The notes below the pieces were generated by a model. That model saw only the letters and a program-made list of their open reading frames with translations, had not been told where the DNA came from and searched no databases. Shown piece by piece: positions 9,733 through 19,403 of a DNA stretch of 64,000 nucleotides; position 1 is the stretch's first letter; the number at the start of each line of letters is the position of its first letter. Source of the DNA: Escherichia coli (GTDB taxonomy: Bacteria; Pseudomonadota; Gammaproteobacteria; Enterobacterales; Enterobacteriaceae); the NCBI RefSeq assembly GCF_022493755.1, contig NZ_CP028767.1, one strand, 5' to 3'. Position numbers and translations under genes: made by a program.

Positions 9733-10305
9733 TCAGGGGGATTCATTGATCTTATTTGCCGGAAATTTTCTATAAATGGTAGAAACGCCTACATCAAAAA
9801 TCAGTGCAATACGCTGTCTTGATTCTCCGGCCTCGAGTAAACGCCCAATCTGTGCCCACTGTTCGGTGGTCAACTTAGGACGGCGTCCACCTACTCTGCC
9901 TTTGGCACGAGCTGCAGCCAGCCCTGCCCTGGTACGTTCAACTATCAGTTCGCGTTCCATTTCAGCCAGGGCACCCATGACATGAAAAAAGAAACGACCC
10001 ATTGGGGTACTGGTATCAATACTGTCAGTCAGGCTTCTGAAATTCACACCACGCTGGCGCAACTCTTCTATCAGCGTAACAAGATGCCGCATACTGCGCC
10101 CCAACCTGTCCAGCTTCCAGACAACCAGCGTGTCTCCTGCCGATAGTGTCCTGAGTAGTTTTTTCAGCCCCGGTCTGTCGGACTTAGTGCCACTGATTTT
10201 GTCCTCAAAAATCTGCTCACATCCCGCGCAGTTCAGTGCATTACGTTGCAAATCGGTGTTCTGGTCATTTGTTGACACGCGTACATAGCCAATAAGCATG
10301 ATCAT
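9733..10305 (-). CDS. Serine DNA invertase (Hin/Gin/Pin/Cin family)
   Basis: MLIGYVRVSTNDQ catalytic N-terminus, C-terminal HTH GVSTIYRKF; 190 aa. Confidence 0.9.
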   Translation of the reverse strand: MIMLIGYVRVSTNDQNTDLQRNALNCAGCEQIFEDKISGTKSDRPGLKKLLRTLSAGDTLVVWKLDRLGRSMRHLVTLIEELRQRGVNFRSLTDSIDTSTPMGRFFFHVMGALAEMERELIVERTRAGLAAARAKGRVGGRRPKLTTEQWAQIGRLLEAGESRQRIALIFDVGVSTIYRKFPANKINESP

Positions 10306-10326
10306 CCCCCTGAATAAAAACCGGAG

Positions 10327-10710
10327 ATGATGCCAGTTAGCTGTTACCTCTGCATTTTCTTAAACGTTGGTTTGGGAGAAGCCAGATATGTCATTCAGCG
10401 AGGAGCTAATGCCAATGGTGCATGGATACGCTGGTCAGACGGTGCAATAGAAGTATTTGGAACCGGTGGATCTAATGATAATGGACTGGCTAAAGTTGTT
10501 TACCCAATTGCACTGCCTAAACTTTCACGTTTTATCAGTATCGCGGAAAGAATAAGAACGGATTACGAGAGCACACCTAATAATGTTCATGTTTCAATGA
10601 TCGTGGATGATCAGGTAACAAATACCGGCTTTTATGCCCGCTGCCAGATGTACGACGGCAGACCATCATCAAATGCTTTTTCCTGGAGGGTTTATTGTGC
10701 GCCTGTTTAA
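10327..10710 (+). CDS. Probable alternative tail-fibre C-terminal cassette (inverted orientation)
   Basis: Open frame on the strand opposite H/G, directly beside the invertase; would fuse to the constant part of H after inversion. Confidence 0.35.
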   Translation: MMPVSCYLCIFLNVGLGEARYVIQRGANANGAWIRWSDGAIEVFGTGGSNDNGLAKVVYPIALPKLSRFISIAERIRTDYESTPNNVHVSMIVDDQVTNTGFYARCQMYDGRPSSNAFSWRVYCAPV

Positions 10711-10894
10711 TCCAGTTACTTTGACTGAAGTAATCCCCGGTCTTCATGACGTGACCGGGGCTATTGAATTACCGGAGGACAACTGGTTTTTTACTATGAC
10801 AGAAATTCCTCAGGGCATGGAGCTAACAATTAATGAGAAAGGCGAACCAATACTAATTGAGGTTAATCAGTCTCAGGGAATACAGGCCAAATAA
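10634..10894 (+). CDS. Probable alternative tail-fibre assembly protein (short)
   Basis: Convergent with G; true start probably near 10699. Confidence 0.3.
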   Translation: MPAARCTTADHHQMLFPGGFIVRLFNPVTLTEVIPGLHDVTGAIELPEDNWFFTMTEIPQGMELTINEKGEPILIEVNQSQGIQAK

Positions 10895-11471
10895 TATCAG
10901 GCGCGGTGCTGGTATCTGTTGCCGTCACCGCGTCAATGTAATCCAGCACGGCGTTAAGCCGGGTTGTTTCTGCCTGCATCAACTTCCGTCCGGCCTGTAA
11001 TTTCAGCTGAATCAGACTGATGGAAGCCATTGCAGCATCAATCAGTGACTGACGCTGTGCTTCTGCCGCGTCTACTGCGGCGCTATGCTGTGCCTCAGTA
11101 TCGGTCACCCATTTCTCACCATCCCATTTATCGTATGGCGTTAATGGGGCGATAATGGTTGTATTTTCAGGGTAATCACCCGGAGCTGTGATTTCTTTGG
11201 TATCTCCCGTTTCGGTACTATAGACAACTTCACCGCGATGGTCTGGCACATATTCCCATGAGTTTAAATCTACAGAACGACAAATTGCATAACCAGCTTT
11301 GTTTGAGCCCGGAGCATCTAAACAAGAACATGCCGGGATACCGACGCCGACAGCGAGATATTCAGTTGATGTAGAAATATATTCCCGCGTTTCACCATCA
11401 TAATTATAAATGATAATGTCTCCCGCTTTTATGGCAATGAGTTTGCTATTTAATACAGCTTTATTCATCAT
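10863..11471 (-). CDS. Tail fibre assembly protein (gpG/Tfa-like)
   Basis: 202 aa directly downstream of H. Confidence 0.75.
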   Translation of the reverse strand: MMNKAVLNSKLIAIKAGDIIIYNYDGETREYISTSTEYLAVGVGIPACSCLDAPGSNKAGYAICRSVDLNSWEYVPDHRGEVVYSTETGDTKEITAPGDYPENTTIIAPLTPYDKWDGEKWVTDTEAQHSAAVDAAEAQRQSLIDAAMASISLIQLKLQAGRKLMQAETTRLNAVLDYIDAVTATDTSTAPDIIWPVFPETD

Positions 11472-13012
11472 GCGGCCCTCACAATATAATTAAAGGCGAT
11501 GTTACGTGGACGATTTTCATTTGCTGTTGGAACAACATTTGCCGCCGAGAAGTGAACATCTTGTCGGATTTTTCGGTCATTAGCGTATGTCATAGACACA
11601 TTGATGTTATTCCGGACTGAGGTACCTCCGTAAAAAGCCCCACTCACACTTTGAACATCGACAATTGCATTAATTTCGCTGTTTACGCGCAACTGACCAA
11701 AACCGCCAGTAATGTTTCGAATAGCATCTCCTTGCGATGAAAGCAGAGTTCGCCCACTATCCACACCACGTTCATCATCCCAGCCACGAATAAACTCACC
11801 ACGTAAATCAGGCAATTTATTGGTCGGGTAAGCCTTTGCCAGTTCCGGGTATTCTTCAGCAGAAAAAGCCGCACCATTGCATTTCAGCCAGCCTGTTGGC
11901 GGAGTGGCTGAAGGCCACGGAACAGGCACCCCAACCGGTAATGCAGAGCCTTCTCCTAAACCAAGGTATGTGAGAAGACCAGCTACATCCTTTCCACTCA
12001 AATTGGTAAGCGTATTGTCCAGCGGTTGTTTACCTGCCAGCGCATTAAGCATTGTCGTGGCAAAGTTCGGATCATTCCCCAGTGCCGCCGCCAGTTCGTT
12101 CAGTGTATCCAGTGCAGCAGGTGCAGAACCCACCATTCCTGCAATCGCCGATTTCACAAAAGCCGTAGTGGCAATCTGTGTATTGTTGACCGACTGCGCC
12201 GCCGTGGGGGCTGTTGGCGTTCCGGTGAGTGCCGGACTCGACAACGGTGCTTTTAGTGCCAGCGCATTGTTAATGGTGGTACTGAAATTCGGATCATTGT
12301 TAATGGCTGCGGCTATTTCTTTCAGCGTGTCCAGCGTGGCTGGCGCACCATTAATAAGGGCCGTCAGTGCCGCCTGTACAAACGCAGTGGTCGCAACCTG
12401 CGTGGTATTATTCCCCGCCGCTGGCGTTGGCGCTTTGGGGGTTCCGGTAAATGTCGGGCTGGCTTTTGGCGCGTACTGTGAATGCGGGTCCGGTGCGGCA
12501 AGATGTTTTGCCATCTGATCATCCGCGTAAACCTTCAGCTCCAGTGCCTTGTCATCCACATACTTGCGGGTTGCCAGCACTACAGCAGGGTCGATTTTCA
12601 GGGTGATATTGTCCGTGCTGCTGGTAATCAGCACCATGCGCACGGTCTGAGTGCGCCCGCTACCTTCAGCCAGTTGCGGCTTATAGCTTTCCGGGCAGTT
12701 GCCCACGGCAATCAATGCCCCGGACTCATCAAACAAGCCCACTTCACGTATCCACCAACCGCCCTCGTTTTCAGGGATCACCTGTTCGGCAATAATCTGG
12801 CTGCTGTTCTGCGGGTCGATATAAAGCATATTCAGCGCAGCCCGGCGTTTCTCATTTACCAGTGCCGTCTGCTTTGCGTCCGGCGTTGGCAATACTCCAC
12901 CGCCATCGCCCACCGCCATATGGGTAATTTTTAGCGGCACACCGAGCGCGGCGGCGCTGGCAAGTTTCGCCGCGCCAATATCCGTCAGCAGGGTATAAAA
13001 TTTTGTGCTCAT
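11468..13012 (-). CDS. Tail fibre protein (gpH-like)
   Basis: 514 aa with internal repeats (two ~50-aa repeats around NDPNF..TT..NALA). Confidence 0.85.
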   Translation of the reverse strand: MSTKFYTLLTDIGAAKLASAAALGVPLKITHMAVGDGGGVLPTPDAKQTALVNEKRRAALNMLYIDPQNSSQIIAEQVIPENEGGWWIREVGLFDESGALIAVGNCPESYKPQLAEGSGRTQTVRMVLITSSTDNITLKIDPAVVLATRKYVDDKALELKVYADDQMAKHLAAPDPHSQYAPKASPTFTGTPKAPTPAAGNNTTQVATTAFVQAALTALINGAPATLDTLKEIAAAINNDPNFSTTINNALALKAPLSSPALTGTPTAPTAAQSVNNTQIATTAFVKSAIAGMVGSAPAALDTLNELAAALGNDPNFATTMLNALAGKQPLDNTLTNLSGKDVAGLLTYLGLGEGSALPVGVPVPWPSATPPTGWLKCNGAAFSAEEYPELAKAYPTNKLPDLRGEFIRGWDDERGVDSGRTLLSSQGDAIRNITGGFGQLRVNSEINAIVDVQSVSGAFYGGTSVRNNINVSMTYANDRKIRQDVHFSAANVVPTANENRPRNIAFNYIVRAA

Positions 13013-13614
13013 GGATTCACTCTCATTGTGTCAATAACATGGACCGCCCCGCCTTCATGCGCGGTGCCACCGGAAATAATCGTTTCGTTGATATACGGAT
13101 AGATCGTGATTTCTTCGCCAAGATAGCTGGCGGCTCCCACCCAATGCGGGCCGCTGGTCTGCAGATTGATGGACATGCCGATCATGTGGCGGCTACATGG
13201 TTTGGCATCGCTTATCAGTCGCTCAAGTTCCAGATAGGTATCTTCAGTGATGCCCTGGTCCTGCACGCCGATATCCAGGCGAAACGTGCCCGGTGTTTCT
13301 CCGGTCTGCCACCACTCAATAATGCGGATCAGGAATCCGAACGGCTCCACCACCCGCCGCACGGCACTGGTGGTCCCTTTATGCTGATGAATATAAAAAG
13401 CATCCTTCACCACCTGGCGCTTGACGCTTTCAGTCCAGCCCTCGTCCCAGCGATCCACAGAGAACGCCCAGGCGAGATAAGGCAGGAAACTGACCGGACA
13501 GGTTGCCGGATTCCACAAGTCACGAAGCGGCACCTGCAGATCAGAAATCCCGCTGCAGGTTTGCGCCAGTCGGCGCTCCAGTGGTGTTGAACCCGGTGGC
13601 AGCAGACTATTCAT
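13009..13614 (-). CDS. Baseplate protein gpI-like
   Basis: Position and size in the P2 V-W-J-I-H order. Confidence 0.8.
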   Translation of the reverse strand: MNSLLPPGSTPLERRLAQTCSGISDLQVPLRDLWNPATCPVSFLPYLAWAFSVDRWDEGWTESVKRQVVKDAFYIHQHKGTTSAVRRVVEPFGFLIRIIEWWQTGETPGTFRLDIGVQDQGITEDTYLELERLISDAKPCSRHMIGMSINLQTSGPHWVGAASYLGEEITIYPYINETIISGGTAHEGGAVHVIDTMRVNP

Positions 13615-14554
13615 CCGTTCCTCCGTTGGTTACGCTCCACTGCGTACATGATGCCGCCTGTGTTTTGTTCAGGACCACATCCGCCAGAGGAGAAGCCAGC
13701 TCCACACGCTGCACCCCCTCAACATGCAGGGCGGCAAAAATGGCGCTACGGCGAATATCCCGACCAAGACGCGTCTGACTGGCGATGTACTTCTGCAGGC
13801 TGGCTTTTGCCGCTGCCATTACCGGCTCTGCTTCCGGTCCAGGATAGAGAAAAATGGTGGCTTCCACGCGATACGGGATGATTTCTGCGCTGCGAACCGT
13901 AAGACGGTCAGCCACCGGGCGGACGTTCTCACTGTTCAGAGCTTTTTCCACCACGTCCAGCAGGTCTTTTTCTGCAGTTCCATCGCCTTCGCGGCTAAGG
14001 ACAGTCAGCACCACCTCTGCAGGTGCCGGGCTGGTTGCACTGGCATCCGCCACCCGACCGTCGGCGCTTCGGGCATGAAATTCATAAGCTGCAGTTGGCC
14101 CCGCAACAGAAAGCCCTTCAAAGGCCGCAGGCACACGCAGGCGCAACGCTTCATCGCTTTCCATCACAGCTGCAACGGGCGGCACAGCATCATTATCAGC
14201 AGGCGTCACCGTCAGGCGTGTCACGTTGTAGTTGGCAGCGAGCTGGTCAAGATCGCCGCCCATCGCGTAAGCCACCATCACCGCCTGCGCGGCTTCGTTA
14301 ATGCGCTGGCGCAGAAGCAACTCACGGTAAGCGTTCTCCTGCAACAATTTAGTGGCGGGTTCAGATTCCAGTTCCAGCGTGCGGATCACTGCTTCCTGCT
14401 CATCTTTCGGATGAAGCGCCACAAATTCTGCCTTGCGTTCGGCAAGCAGCGTCTCAAAGTCCGGCACATCCACAATCTGCGGTGCAGGCAACTGCGAAAG
14501 GTCAATCACTGCCATTCTCTGCTCCTGTTGATACGGAAAGGGACACAGGCACAC
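13607..14554 (-). CDS. Baseplate protein gpJ-like
   Basis: 315 aa, P2 order. Confidence 0.85.
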   Translation of the reverse strand: MCLCPFPYQQEQRMAVIDLSQLPAPQIVDVPDFETLLAERKAEFVALHPKDEQEAVIRTLELESEPATKLLQENAYRELLLRQRINEAAQAVMVAYAMGGDLDQLAANYNVTRLTVTPADNDAVPPVAAVMESDEALRLRVPAAFEGLSVAGPTAAYEFHARSADGRVADASATSPAPAEVVLTVLSREGDGTAEKDLLDVVEKALNSENVRPVADRLTVRSAEIIPYRVEATIFLYPGPEAEPVMAAAKASLQKYIASQTRLGRDIRRSAIFAALHVEGVQRVELASPLADVVLNKTQAASCTQWSVTNGGTDE

Positions 14555-14861
14555 CGTTATTCCGCCGCCCGGTCAGCTCCACCACCATTGAACCGTCAAA
14601 ATTGCTGTTGATGGTGATGGAATCCAGCGTCAACCGTGGCTCCCAGCGACTCAGCGCCACATACACTGCCGACATGACCTGCAGGCGTAATGCCGGATTT
14701 TGTGGCTGATCTATCAGTGCCGACAGCAGGGAACCATATTCCCGGCGGGCAATACGGCTACCCTGCGGTGTCAGCAGAATGTCCCGCACCGACTGGCGCA
14801 GATGATCAATATCAGTAATGACTTTGCCGCTGGTATTGTTCATCCCGCTATAAAGCGTCAT
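14502..14861 (-). CDS. Baseplate wedge protein gpW-like
   Basis: 119 aa, P2 order. Confidence 0.8.
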   Translation of the reverse strand: MTLYSGMNNTSGKVITDIDHLRQSVRDILLTPQGSRIARREYGSLLSALIDQPQNPALRLQVMSAVYVALSRWEPRLTLDSITINSNFDGSMVVELTGRRNNGVPVSLSVSTGAENGSD

Positions 14862-15436
14862 ATCGGGCCTCCGGTTGTATCGCCGCCTTTCAGGACGCCA
14901 GTATGCTGATGCGCATCAACCACGATCCCGTTAGAACTCATCGCTCCGCCGCCCTGGGTAACGCCACCATTGATCACCACTTCGCTGTTAATGCGCGTGC
15001 GGTCAGCCTCCAGTACAAACTCACTGGTTTTCATGGTGATGTTGTCAGCAGCCTCAATGACCATGGATTTGATGCCCCTGACATACCAGCGCCCGGTGGC
15101 GGGTTCGTATTCAAACCAGCCACCGTCAGGATGTTCTGTCACGCAGGCGTCCGCCGACGTCGACGGTGGTGCGAACTGATTCGAATAGACAGCGGGCAGC
15201 GCAAAGGCGGTTTCCAGATTGCCGCCCAGACTCAGCAGCACCACCTGCTCACCTTCCGATGGTCGCCACCATGTACGGGCATTCCCGGCACGCAGCGTCA
15301 GCCAGCTGATCCAGTTGGTTTCAAGCTCGCCCGTTTTCACCCGGCAAAGCCAGTTTTCCCTGTCCACTTCGGTGACTACCCCTGTGCGGATCAGGTTGGT
15401 GATAAGGCGCATGATTTCGGTTAATTGTGCGTTCAT
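14858..15436 (-). CDS. Baseplate spike protein gpV-like
   Basis: 192 aa, first gene after the late promoter dyad. Confidence 0.85.
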   Translation of the reverse strand: MNAQLTEIMRLITNLIRTGVVTEVDRENWLCRVKTGELETNWISWLTLRAGNARTWWRPSEGEQVVLLSLGGNLETAFALPAVYSNQFAPPSTSADACVTEHPDGGWFEYEPATGRWYVRGIKSMVIEAADNITMKTSEFVLEADRTRINSEVVINGGVTQGGGAMSSNGIVVDAHQHTGVLKGGDTTGGPI

Positions 15437-15482
15437 AGGGAAAGGTTGCCATCAGGGGAAGAAAGGCGGCAGTGCTGCAACT

Positions 15483-15500
15483 TGTATCAGTGCTGATACA
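15483..15500. promoter_or_regulatory. Ogr-type late promoter dyad (TGT-N12-ACA) upstream of V
   Basis: Perfect palindrome TGTATCAGTGCTGATACA between S and V. Confidence 0.5.
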
Positions 15501-15504
15501 AAGA

Positions 15505-15951
15505 TCACCCCGCCAGCCATTGCAGAATCATGTCGCGGGTCATTGCCTCAACATCATCATTTACACCCAGAAGGCGACGCTCTGCGTAACGCACCTCCGG
15601 TCCCTTACGACTGACGCGATCTCGCAGGCCGTAATGGTGAACGCGGGCAATGCGCTGCACCTTGCCTTCAAACTGCACGCTGGCAGAGTCGGTGCTGGCG
15701 GCAGTTTTCAGGTATTTTGTGGTGCGCAGCTTTGCAAACATCTGACGTTTGATGCGCCCCTTCTTGCTGCGTGCTGTTACCCTGCGCGGTTCATAACTGC
15801 TGCCATCTGGATTGCGCTGCATCCTGATATTCTGCTGCTGTGTCCGGCGCAGTTCCTGCGCCAGCTGGCGCATCATGCGGCTTCTCGTGGCTGGTTCCAG
15901 ATTCGCCAGCAAGGCACTCAGCCAGTCGTCCACCTTCTGCAGTTCAGCCAC
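15505..15951 (-). CDS. Tail completion protein gpS-like
   Basis: 148 aa, P2 order R-S. Confidence 0.8.
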   Translation of the reverse strand: MAELQKVDDWLSALLANLEPATRSRMMRQLAQELRRTQQQNIRMQRNPDGSSYEPRRVTARSKKGRIKRQMFAKLRTTKYLKTAASTDSASVQFEGKVQRIARVHHYGLRDRVSRKGPEVRYAERRLLGVNDDVEAMTRDMILQWLAG

Positions 15952-16396
15952 GTTTCACCGTCCACATTTCTTCAGGTTCATCAGGTTCCGCTATAGCTTC
16001 AACACTCGACACACTACCGTCAGTGCTGACCAGCACACGCTCCGTCAGTTGCAGGTTCAGGCTGATATCACAGACATCGTTGCGCAGAATATCCACCTCA
16101 AAGGTGAATAGTTTTTCCCGTAACGCCGGGTTATTGATGGCATCGGGCTGGTTATCCCTCAGCCACAGCAAAACCGGGGCCATCAGCAGATTCTGGTCGC
16201 CGCTGAAATCCTCAATCACCGCGTTCAGGGTGTAACGGTACTCCCACGACATGGAGCTGGCCCCCGTGGCAACCAGCGAACCGTTATCCACAAACAGATG
16301 CAGTTTGTCCGGGTTATTGCGGACATAAGGCACCGCTTTATTGAGGGCGTGGCGCAGGGATTGTGGTTTGTTCACTGTTTTGCTCCTGACACGCAA
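15944..16396 (-). CDS. Tail completion protein gpR-like
   Basis: 150 aa, P2 order. Confidence 0.8.
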   Translation of the reverse strand: MRVRSKTVNKPQSLRHALNKAVPYVRNNPDKLHLFVDNGSLVATGASSMSWEYRYTLNAVIEDFSGDQNLLMAPVLLWLRDNQPDAINNPALREKLFTFEVDILRNDVCDISLNLQLTERVLVSTDGSVSSVEAIAEPDEPEEMWTVKRG

Positions 16397-16628
16397 TAAT
16401 CATGTCCACTTTGTCTGCACAGACCGCCCAGGCGGCCTCCGTTTCATCCAACAACGCGTTCAGATCACCGTTAGTGCGCGGCTCTGCCTGATCCAGCCGA
16501 CACGGTGTCACTCGCGGACAACCACTGACGATAAGCTGCACCTCCGGTGAGCGTCGGACGTTCCCGCAGCCGGATAATGTCAGCAGGCAAAGGAGTATCA
16601 GTCCAGCGGCGTAAATCCTCGTTCTCAC
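16338..16628 (-). CDS. Outer-membrane spanin (LysC/Rz1-like lipoprotein)
   Basis: Lipobox LTLSGC, proline-rich, embedded in and overlapping lysB. Confidence 0.55.
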   Translation of the reverse strand: MRTRIYAAGLILLCLLTLSGCGNVRRSPEVQLIVSGCPRVTPCRLDQAEPRTNGDLNALLDETEAAWAVCADKVDMIIACQEQNSEQTTIPAPRPQ

Positions 16629-16899
16629 GTTTCAGTTCCTCGATCCGGTGTTGTCGTTGTCTCAGCAGCGCGCTGGTCTGTTCTGCTTCGGCATAGAGCC
16701 GCGCCTGCTCCCGGTTATTGGTTTCAGTCAGAATGGACAGGCTGATAAGCTGGCTGTTGCTCTTTGCCAGTGCCTGGCTTTTGCTCTGCAGCTCGTCTGC
16801 CTGCGTGCTAATGGTCTGGCTGGCATCAGCCAGCCGCCACGTCTGCCAGCCCAGCGCCGCCAGTAATAACGCCAGCACAACCAGCAGCAACCGGTTCAT
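16471..16899 (-). CDS. Inner-membrane spanin (LysB/Rz-like)
   Basis: N-terminal TM helix then a coiled coil. Confidence 0.7.
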   Translation of the reverse strand: MNRLLLVVLALLLAALGWQTWRLADASQTISTQADELQSKSQALAKSNSQLISLSILTETNNREQARLYAEAEQTSALLRQRQHRIEELKRENEDLRRWTDTPLPADIIRLRERPTLTGGAAYRQWLSASDTVSAGSGRAAH

Positions 16900-17273
16900 G
16901 CTGCTACCTGTTGCGCCATCTGATTACGGGTGATCCAGAAGGCAATAACGGTCAGTAGATAAAAGACCAGGGTAATAGCCCACCCCGTCCAGGCGAGACT
17001 TACAACAATCAGCAATCGCATCACCCAACTGATAAATACGTTTTCTTTTCGGGTAATTGTCTTCAGTAAAGATGCCCTTAACTCCTGCCAGAGCGGGCCA
17101 TTCTTAATTAACGCAGCCAGTGCTACCGGAATTACCGCCCATGTCAGCAAACAGGCTACCCAAACGCCGGACGCTGCCAGTACCGGAAAAATCCCCTGCG
17201 GATACACCATTGCTGCGATTAACAGCGCCATCCATAACATCAGAAACAGTCCGCTGATTAATTTCTTTTTCAT
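16896..17273 (-). CDS. LysA-like membrane protein (lysis timing)
   Basis: Multi-TM small protein between the endolysin and spanins; start placed at the internal MKKK. Confidence 0.55.
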   Translation of the reverse strand: MKKKLISGLFLMLWMALLIAAMVYPQGIFPVLAASGVWVACLLTWAVIPVALAALIKNGPLWQELRASLLKTITRKENVFISWVMRLLIVVSLAWTGWAITLVFYLLTVIAFWITRNQMAQQVAA

Positions 17274-17274
17274 T

Positions 17275-17787
17275 TCAGTTTGCTCCCTGTAAACACCAGA
17301 CCATCTCCCGCGCACGGCGGTTATCCAGCCCCTGATTAAACACACCTTTTACATAAACCCAGCGCGGCAACTGTCGGCACGCATCCGCCCAGCGCCGCTG
17401 ATTGAGCAATTTCACCAGCGTGGAGCTGCAGGCATTGCCCGTCCCCACGTTGAAGGCAAACGACACCGTAGCGTCATACACCTTCTGTGGTGGCAGTTGC
17501 TTCACACACCTTTCCAGTACCCGCTCCACACGCAGCACGTTGGAGATCAGCCCTTCTGCTGCCTGTCGTTCCGTGATTGTTTTGCCGGGAATGACGCCCG
17601 ATGTATTACCAATGCCGTCGGTCCAGACACCCGCGCTGCACTGATACGGCTGCAGACGACAGCCTTCGTAATCAGCAATCAGTTTCAGCCCCTCCACGGA
17701 GGTGTGAAGCTGCTGAAAACCCGGCAGCGTGGCAGCAATAGCCAGCACGGCCCCGACAAGGCAGCGTTTAACGATTGATGGATTCAT
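17275..17787 (-). CDS. Endolysin (gpK-like lysozyme)
   Basis: 170 aa, signal-anchor-like N-terminus, follows the holin. Confidence 0.8.
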   Translation of the reverse strand: MNPSIVKRCLVGAVLAIAATLPGFQQLHTSVEGLKLIADYEGCRLQPYQCSAGVWTDGIGNTSGVIPGKTITERQAAEGLISNVLRVERVLERCVKQLPPQKVYDATVSFAFNVGTGNACSSTLVKLLNQRRWADACRQLPRWVYVKGVFNQGLDNRRAREMVWCLQGAN

Positions 17788-17983
17788 AGTCCTCCCGCGA
17801 GATCTGCCCGTCGCGCAGAAGCTGGTAGGATTTGTGTTTGTAGTACCAGTTGATAGCCAGCATCAGTACACCAATCATCAGACCGCCCAGCGTTGAGGCA
17901 TCCTTGATGGACAAATCGCCCAGCCAGGCCAGCACGACGGCGATGCAATACGTGATAAAGGCGCTGATTCGCTCAAGCGTCAT
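17768..17983 (-). CDS. Holin (gpY-like)
   Basis: 71 aa with two hydrophobic helices and a charged C-terminus. Confidence 0.7.
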   Translation of the reverse strand: MTLERISAFITYCIAVVLAWLGDLSIKDASTLGGLMIGVLMLAINWYYKHKSYQLLRDGQISREDYESINR

Positions 17984-17986
17984 AAT

Positions 17987-18190
17987 TCAGTCCCATAGCT
18001 GGACGGTCTGCACGGTGGTGGTGGTCGGAATGTCCGGCAGCTCCACCTGCAGCCCGTGAGGTAAAAAGGGGCCGTATTCGGCAAGCCCCGGATTTGCCTT
18101 CAGTACCTGCTCCGTGACCCCCTGCGTGCGCCCGTAATGACGCCAGCAAAGCGCGTCCACCGTGTCATACTGATGCGCACGCACTTTCAT
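17987..18190 (-). CDS. Tail protein gpX-like
   Basis: 67 aa between L and Y as in P2. Confidence 0.75.
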   Translation of the reverse strand: MKVRAHQYDTVDALCWRHYGRTQGVTEQVLKANPGLAEYGPFLPHGLQVELPDIPTTTTVQTVQLWD

Positions 18191-18717
18191 CAGATAAGCT
18201 CCACTGTGCAGTGCGGCGCATCCTGCACCCGGCTGATGGCCCAGCGGGCGTCACGCCACAAATCACCGCTTGCTTCCGCCAGTTCCTCGCCCCGCTTCAC
18301 ACCGGACGCCGTGGCGTCATAGTCCTGGTATCGTTCGTTGAGCATGGCGCGTGCCCAGCAGTAAACCGCGTTGAAATAGTGCTGAATGCGCTCACTTTTG
18401 CCGTCCAGCTGTTCCGCCGGAACTTCTGCCAGCGAGGCATACCCCAGCATCTGCTGGCGTCTGCGAAACTCATACAGCTCTGCGTTGACCTCCGAAATTG
18501 CCGACAGCGCAACCTGCTTTAAACGCGGCTGCGTCACCGTGCCGTCAGTGCGCATCACGCTGCGAAACTCCGACAGGTCCACATCAGGCCAGAACGGCGT
18601 ATTCCTGATGATTTCCGCCTGTTCTGGTGCCTGTTCTGGCGCAACAAACTTCATGCTGCTTTCTCCTGAAATAGAGGGCGGTGGACGGGGTTTTGATGTA
18701 GCAGTGCCTTTCGCCAC
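18190..18717 (-). CDS. Head completion protein gpL-like
   Basis: 175 aa, P2 order. Confidence 0.8.
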   Translation of the reverse strand: MAKGTATSKPRPPPSISGESSMKFVAPEQAPEQAEIIRNTPFWPDVDLSEFRSVMRTDGTVTQPRLKQVALSAISEVNAELYEFRRRQQMLGYASLAEVPAEQLDGKSERIQHYFNAVYCWARAMLNERYQDYDATASGVKRGEELAEASGDLWRDARWAISRVQDAPHCTVELI

Positions 18718-18749
18718 CCCGTGCCGCCCGTGCGCGGGGGCACGTTCTG

Positions 18750-19400
18750 TCAGCGGCTGTCATTGCGCAGTCTGCGCTCCAGCTGCTGTTTGTCTTTTTT
18801 CACGCCACAGCGGGGATCGAGCTGTAACGCATGGTTGAGATGATTAAGGGCGGACGCCGGATTGCTTTCACTCAGGACAGCGCCAATCGCTTTATGCAGA
18901 CGCGCCCGTGACTGGTCCGGCATATCCAGACCGTCTGTCAGCTCCAGCGTCTGCAGCAGCGGATCGGCATCAAAGCCGGTGGCGGCAAGCATTGCGCTCT
19001 GCGCCGCGTCTGCCATTTCCTCTGCCAGCACGGTCTGCACGTTGCGGTTACCCAGCGGCATCACCCAGCCATGACGCAGGGCATGACGCCCGATCTCCAG
19101 CGCCCCTGCATAATCTCCGGCATCAATGCGCCACAGCATCACGTACATCAGCACGTCATCCTGTTGAGCGCCTCCGGCAGCCAGAACGCCCTCCGCCCAG
19201 GCGGCATATTTCGGCAGCAGCTCCACCTTGATTTCCGCTTTTTTGACCGTGGACTGAACGCCCTTGAGACGGCGGCGGTCTTCCGCCAGTTGCAGCAGCA
19301 TCAGGTCATAGCCCGACGCGTGGCGAACACTGCCGCCCTCGCGGGCGGCCTGTTCAGCCTGAACGCGCAGGCGATGCTGCCGTGCGGGACTCAGGCTCAT
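18750..19400 (-). CDS. Terminase small (endonuclease) subunit gpM-like
   Basis: 216 aa, P2 order. Confidence 0.8.
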   Translation of the reverse strand: MSLSPARQHRLRVQAEQAAREGGSVRHASGYDLMLLQLAEDRRRLKGVQSTVKKAEIKVELLPKYAAWAEGVLAAGGAQQDDVLMYVMLWRIDAGDYAGALEIGRHALRHGWVMPLGNRNVQTVLAEEMADAAQSAMLAATGFDADPLLQTLELTDGLDMPDQSRARLHKAIGAVLSESNPASALNHLNHALQLDPRCGVKKDKQQLERRLRNDSR

Positions 19401-19403
19401 GAA

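Noticed and set aside
13724-14611. 295-aa ORF antisense to baseplate gene J
   Set aside because: Cys/His/Arg-rich low-complexity translation typical of a shadow frame.
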